This document shows positions 59,509-64,000 of a stretch of DNA of 64,000 bases, in pieces (the stretch's first letter is position 1; every line of letters starts with the position of its first letter). The position numbers were made by a program, and so were the translations under genes. Below the pieces are notes generated by a model. It saw only the letters and a list, made by a program, of their open reading frames with translations, searched no databases and was not told where the DNA came from. The DNA is taken from positions 1,280,001 to 1,344,000 of the forward strand of contig OY821645.1 in assembly GCA_963682135.1 (NCBI GenBank). Reading direction: 5' to 3'. Source of the DNA: Methanothrix sp. (GTDB taxonomy: Archaea; Halobacteriota; Methanosarcinia; Methanotrichales; Methanotrichaceae).

Positions 59509-60489
59509 ATGATGACAATGAGGGTTATTTTGTCTATTGCATTCATCGTGCTTTTTTTTCTTTTCTGCGCGTCAGGTAATGCAGATGCACTTGATGCCCA
59601 TAATGGTTCAGTACCCCAAAACAATTCAACATCCCTGGCAGTTCCGTCAGCTTCCTCAATAACGGCGCTATTCGTAATCGTACTGATTCTGGTCCTCTTT
59701 GCGATTATACCTCTATTGCTAAATATGCACCTGGCACACAAGCATCTTGAAAGAACCGATGCAGTTCTGGGTAAATTTCTTGAAAAGCACCATGAAGATC
59801 TTGGCGATGATACCGCTCTGCAAATAATAAAGGAATACATCAACGCTGAACCAGGTGGAGCACCGGGAACCACTCGAGGAATAATGGCTATCGCCATCAT
59901 CCTGGTTGTAGGCATATGTTTGTTCTTCTTGATGGTATATCCTACTAATAATAAAGAAGTAGTCAAGGATGTGATCTTGACTTTGACTGGTGCTTTAACA
60001 TCGATAGTAGGATTCTATTTCGGCGGCAAAGGATCAGCAGAGTCAAAAACCTTCGAGCCTAAACCATCAGAACCACTTAAACCTAATGCATCCGAATCTT
60101 TGCCCGCTTCGTCTGTGCCTACCCCGCCTGTAAAGCCGGAAAAATATACAATAAAAGAAGACTTAACTTATCTGGACAAGCAATATCCGGCAGGAACCGT
60201 GATGGATCTGGAGGACATCCCCGAGGAGATCCGCAAAGAATGGGTCGAGAATAACCGAATAGAGTTCTATGTAGGAGATGAGGTAAAAGATATCCATAAA
60301 GATCTCATCCAAGAGGACAACAAACCCAAACCGGGATGGTACAAGGTAAAATCCAATTTCCGCTATAATGATGATAGGTATATTGCCGGCAACATCATTA
60401 ATCTGTCCAGAATTTCTGCAAGATTGCTGGCAGGATGGGAAAAGAGAGGTTGGATAGAGCCTTACTCTGGATCATTGGCTGCGCCCTAA
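59509..60489 (+). CDS. Hypothetical membrane protein with two C-terminal ~43-aa repeats
   Basis: Signal peptide, three TM helices ending IVGFYFG, Pro-rich linker, two Y-x-AG repeats. Confidence 0.7.
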   Translation: MMTMRVILSIAFIVLFFLFCASGNADALDAHNGSVPQNNSTSLAVPSASSITALFVIVLILVLFAIIPLLLNMHLAHKHLERTDAVLGKFLEKHHEDLGDDTALQIIKEYINAEPGGAPGTTRGIMAIAIILVVGICLFFLMVYPTNNKEVVKDVILTLTGALTSIVGFYFGGKGSAESKTFEPKPSEPLKPNASESLPASSVPTPPVKPEKYTIKEDLTYLDKQYPAGTVMDLEDIPEEIRKEWVENNRIEFYVGDEVKDIHKDLIQEDNKPKPGWYKVKSNFRYNDDRYIAGNIINLSRISARLLAGWEKRGWIEPYSGSLAAP

Positions 60490-60941
60490 TTTCCTTTTTT
60501 TTTCTCGCATACCACGATACCCTCAATCTCCGTATCCGGATAGTTCCCTGTCTCATCCTTCTCCAGGTACTTGACCATATCCCAGACATTGAGCAGCGCC
60601 ACCGAAACCCCGGTCAGTGCCTCCATCTCCACCCCCGTCTTTCCTACGGATGTTACAGTGACAGTTGCCTGCACTCGTCTCTCCTCAATCTCGAAGTTCA
60701 CCTCCAGACCGGTGATGGGGATAGGGTGGCAGAGAGGGATCAAACGGGGCGTATCCTTGACCGCCAGGATGGCAGCCAGCCTGGCTGTGGTTAGAACGTC
60801 CCCCTTCTTCACCCGGCCTGATTTTATGGCCTCAATCGTCGCTTCTCCCAGCCTGATAGATCCAGCCGCCGTGGCCTTTCTGAAGACGATCGGCTTTCCG
60901 GTGATATCCACCATTCCGGCTAACTTCTCTTCCTCGGGCAA
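60486..60941 (-). CDS. moaC: Cyclic pyranopterin monophosphate synthase
   Basis: MVDITGK, KKGDV, LIPLCHP, TGVEMEAL, WDMVK. Confidence 0.95.
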   Translation of the reverse strand: MPEEEKLAGMVDITGKPIVFRKATAAGSIRLGEATIEAIKSGRVKKGDVLTTARLAAILAVKDTPRLIPLCHPIPITGLEVNFEIEERRVQATVTVTSVGKTGVEMEALTGVSVALLNVWDMVKYLEKDETGNYPDTEIEGIVVCEKKKGN

Positions 60942-60945
60942 GTTC

Positions 60946-62343
60946 TCACAGCCTCATAGCCTCTGGAATCTTCTCAATCACATCTGTGGCCGCCATGCCG
61001 AAATCCTTCTCAGGATAGACCAGATCTCCAGCCCGGCCGTTGACAAAGGCGGCAGCCGTCGCCGCCCGCAAAGCCGAGGCTCGAGCATAAAATGCGGCCG
61101 TAATTCCCGCCAGAACGTCTCCCGTGCCGCCCACGGTCATTCCCGGATTTCCGGTGGTATTGGCCCGCACCACCTCTCCGTCCGATATCAGATCGACCTT
61201 TCCTTTGAGCAGGACCACCAGCCCCTTTTGCCGGGCATATTCTTTTAGCGGCTGCGCCCTTTCCCTGTAGTCCAGATCGACCAGTGCAATGCTGCTGATC
61301 CTCTTAAATTCGCCGGCGTGGGGCGTGACAATGCCTCTTAAGGGCAGATCTGCTTGCAGGGCATCGGCATCGATGACCGTCTTCTTGCAGAGAGGGATGA
61401 TCTCGGCCAGAGCCGTAATCGTCTCTGCATGTCTTCCCAGCCCCATGCCCATGACCACCACATCGTGCCTGGCAATCTGCTCTTTGAGAACGGGTATATC
61501 CTCGGGGCAGAGGTGATCGGCAGAGAGCTGCTGAACAATCAGATTGGGTGAATAGCCGGAGATGGTCCGGGCGGCAGCTTTTGGCGCAGCTACAGTGACA
61601 ATGTCCGCACCAGCTCGCAGAGCGGCCATGGCAGAGAGTGCCGGAGCCCCGGTGTACGGCCCGCCGCCGATCACCAGTATCCGTCCGGAGTCTCCCTTGT
61701 GACTCTCCAGAGACCTTCTTCCCATCAGCCACAGGTCTCCTTCTCCCACGAAAAACTCTGCCGCAGGCGGAATGCCGATATCTGCCAGGACGATATCGCC
61801 GGACATGTTCGGTTTTTGGCGGTGAAAGGTCACAGTTAAATCAGAGCGCACGGCTTTGTTAGTCCCCTGGCCGCTGGGAACATCAACCGAGATAACCGGC
61901 TTTCCAGAGGAATTGATGGCATCTATTGCCTGAGCCTCCAGACCCTTGATGCTGCCTCGCACCCCCGTGCCGAAGATGGCATCTACTATCAGGTCACACT
62001 TTTCCAGGGACAGGTCGGCACTATCCATAATCATGCGCAGGTCATAGCCCAGTCGCTCCAGAATTTGCCAGTTCCTCTTTGCCTCCTCTGTAGCGATATC
62101 TCTGGATCGACCCAGGAGATAGACGGTTACGTCAAAGCCGCTCAGGTGGCGGGCAGCAACAAAGGCATCGCCGCCGTTATTGCCCCGGCCTGCCACAATT
62201 GCGATTCTCTTGCCCTTCGCCCGAGCGGCGATCTCCCGAGCCAGAGCTGCGCCTGCATTCTCCATGAGCTGCAAAGGCAGAAGGCCGAAATAGCGGCAAT
62301 TGCAGTCAAGAGCATTCATCTCTTCTGCAGAAATAATTGTCAT
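60946..62343 (-). CDS. nnr: NAD(P)H-hydrate epimerase/dehydratase
   Basis: LMENAG, GNNGGD, DAIFGTG, HKG, TPHAGEF, GGTGDVLAG. Confidence 0.93.
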   Translation of the reverse strand: MTIISAEEMNALDCNCRYFGLLPLQLMENAGAALAREIAARAKGKRIAIVAGRGNNGGDAFVAARHLSGFDVTVYLLGRSRDIATEEAKRNWQILERLGYDLRMIMDSADLSLEKCDLIVDAIFGTGVRGSIKGLEAQAIDAINSSGKPVISVDVPSGQGTNKAVRSDLTVTFHRQKPNMSGDIVLADIGIPPAAEFFVGEGDLWLMGRRSLESHKGDSGRILVIGGGPYTGAPALSAMAALRAGADIVTVAAPKAAARTISGYSPNLIVQQLSADHLCPEDIPVLKEQIARHDVVVMGMGLGRHAETITALAEIIPLCKKTVIDADALQADLPLRGIVTPHAGEFKRISSIALVDLDYRERAQPLKEYARQKGLVVLLKGKVDLISDGEVVRANTTGNPGMTVGGTGDVLAGITAAFYARASALRAATAAAFVNGRAGDLVYPEKDFGMAATDVIEKIPEAMRL

Positions 62344-62509
62344 AGTAATAGGATAGTGGTGATAAGATAAAGATTCTATCCTTTGGAGAGGAGAGGAAGT
62401 CCTCTCCCAGTTCATCAGGCAGGAGCAGATCAGTGACATACAAAGATTAATAGAGCTAGAGGGTTAACAAAATAGTATAGATTTTCACGAACGACTGGAG
62501 TCTACGAAG

Positions 62510-62746
62510 ATGAAAAAGCTAAATCTAACAGCTACGCTGTGGGAAGAAGAATGTGTCTGGGTAGCTAAGTCTCCCGAAACAGGCATTGCCAGCTGTGGAG
62601 ATACACCACAAGAGGCTTTGAGCAATCTTAAAGAAGCCCTTGAACTTTATCTGGAAAATGCAAGCGAGTTAGGGATGCGAGATGATTTGGATGCCGCCTT
62701 GACCTCAACGCACAAGTTCACAACTTTAATAGAGGTTTCCGCCTGA
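62510..62746 (+). CDS. hicB: HicB-family antitoxin
   Basis: SPETGIASCGDTPQEALSNLKEALELYL. Confidence 0.88.
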   Translation: MKKLNLTATLWEEECVWVAKSPETGIASCGDTPQEALSNLKEALELYLENASELGMRDDLDAALTSTHKFTTLIEVSA

Positions 62747-62982
62747 TGAAGCTTCCATTTCTCTCTTCACAAGAGGTCATTAAAACCCTAATAAAAGCTG
62801 GATTCGATTATGCGCCAAAAAGAGGAAAAGGCAGCCATACAGCTCTTTTCAAGATTGACGAGAATGGTCGAAAGCTGCTCGTGATAATTCCAAGAAGAAA
62901 AGACATGCCGAAGGGGGTCTTATTGTCAATTCTACAGCAGGCGAATCTATCAAAGGATGAGTTTGTTGAACTCTTGAAGTGA
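62746..62982 (+). CDS. hicA: HicA-family toxin
   Basis: LIKAGF...KGSH, IP...MPKGVLLSIL; TGATG overlap with hicB. Confidence 0.88.
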   Translation: MKLPFLSSQEVIKTLIKAGFDYAPKRGKGSHTALFKIDENGRKLLVIIPRRKDMPKGVLLSILQQANLSKDEFVELLK

Positions 62983-63008
62983 TGTTCACCCAATAAATCC
63001 CTTGATGA

Positions 63009-64000
63009 CTAGAAATCAAACAGCGACTTCTGCTTCTGCTCTTTGGGTGCCTCACTGAAGCTGAAGAGATTGCTCTGCCCCCTCCTCGAACAAAGCCGGT
63101 CTTTGGTGACCCCAAAGCTCTCGAAGATGCGCAGCACGGGCGGCAAGATCTGTTTTTCCACGTAGTACTCTGTGTCCAGAGGCATGTTCTTCTCCAAGAC
63201 ATAAGAAGGGTCCTCAGCCCGGTTCACAAACAGCTCTTTGTTCTTCTTGCCCCTCTTTCCCTGGACGATGACAAAGGGCACCCTGTCGCCCACGCCCGGC
63301 ACAGTTCCGCCCCGCTCTCTGATCTTCTCGACCAATTGAATATGCGGCTGCTTGTTCTTGTAGGAGCCGGAACTCTTGGTGTAGCGGCGCGTCAGCGTGA
63401 GGTCCTCCAAGAGGGACGGATCCGTTGAGAGATCCAGATTCTGCAGCCTGAGCACCACAGAGCGGACATGCTCAACCGCCTCCTCCACCTTGCCTTCTTT
63501 GAGCACCAGCTCCAGGCAGGTCTTGAGCGTCTTCGAGGTCAGACCGCACCAGTCCCGCCGCACCGTCTCCATGCCCCTCACCTTGATCTTATCCATCCAG
63601 CCGTCGCCCCTCGGCTCGAAGACCCAGAGAGCGTAACGTTTCTTGGCCAGGAATATGCCTCGCCTGGCGAAGGCCTCAAAGACCAACTCCATTGGAGCGG
63701 GAAGCGATGAGGTGACGGTCTGTGCAATCTTTCTGCCAATCAGCTCGGCGTCCTGCAGCGAGATGGCCCCTGCACCGGACCTGGGTCCGGAGGGATGCAA
63801 ACGCACAAAGACGCTGTCCGTATCACCATAGACCACCGAGAGGTCAAAGCATTTCTCTGCCGCCTTTCCGAAAGGCAGCGCATCCTTGAAGACCACCTCT
63901 TTGCCGATCACATAAGCCGAGCCGATCTCATCGATGATCTTCTTGGTGCGCAGGATGTTCTCCCTGCCAAATGAGGTGACGGCATTGGCCAGTGCCAGAC
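63009..64000 (-). CDS. polB: Family B DNA polymerase (C-terminal part, runs off the right edge)
   Basis: Frame stays open beyond 63911 (ANAVTSFGRENI); YGDTDS, KKRYA, RGMETVRRDW, C-terminal PIP box QKSLFDF. Confidence 0.95.
   Translation of the reverse strand, partial: LALANAVTSFGRENILRTKKIIDEIGSAYVIGKEVVFKDALPFGKAAEKCFDLSVVYGDTDSVFVRLHPSGPRSGAGAISLQDAELIGRKIAQTVTSSLPAPMELVFEAFARRGIFLAKKRYALWVFEPRGDGWMDKIKVRGMETVRRDWCGLTSKTLKTCLELVLKEGKVEEAVEHVRSVVLRLQNLDLSTDPSLLEDLTLTRRYTKSSGSYKNKQPHIQLVEKIRERGGTVPGVGDRVPFVIVQGKRGKKNKELFVNRAEDPSYVLEKNMPLDTEYYVEKQILPPVLRIFESFGVTKDRLCSRRGQSNLFSFSEAPKEQKQKSLFDF

Noticed and set aside
63760-63930. Intein in polB
   Set aside because: Only short loop insertions near YGDTDS; no intein terminal motifs

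Overview
Archaeal chromosomal window, most likely a Methanothrix/Methanosaeta-like methanogen (inferred from the A1Ao ATPase operon order, Fae-Hps, MfnD, AksA, form III RuBisCO and SufCB/SmsCB). From left to right: the A1Ao ATP synthase operon (atpHIKECF, partial atpA). Then a form III RuBisCO divergent from a tight five-gene operon encoding a class I FBPase, a class II FBP aldolase, the archaeal FBP aldolase/phosphatase, a polyferredoxin and an AOR-family oxidoreductase. Then a ~20 kb glycosylation locus (two GlmU-like genes, WbpE/B/D/A-like genes, GlmS, six glycosyltransferases, a flippase, rmlABDC), aksA, a Dph6-glutamine amidotransferase fusion and cobQ. Then an AT-rich islet with IS200/IS605-end-like hairpins, stress genes and arfC (probable ACG start), an accessory block between two ~98-bp palindromic elements (secreted nuclease, HicBA, phosphatase-family protein), and housekeeping genes (fae-hps, mfnD, lysA, sufCB, trpS, moaC, nnr, second HicBA, partial polB). 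Best candidate for an undescribed system: the RuBisCO-linked sugar-phosphate/ferredoxin oxidoreductase cluster. Also notable: the Dph6-GATase fusion and the palindromic element. All calls come from reading motifs by eye. No database searches were run, and I found no tRNA, rRNA or CRISPR array.
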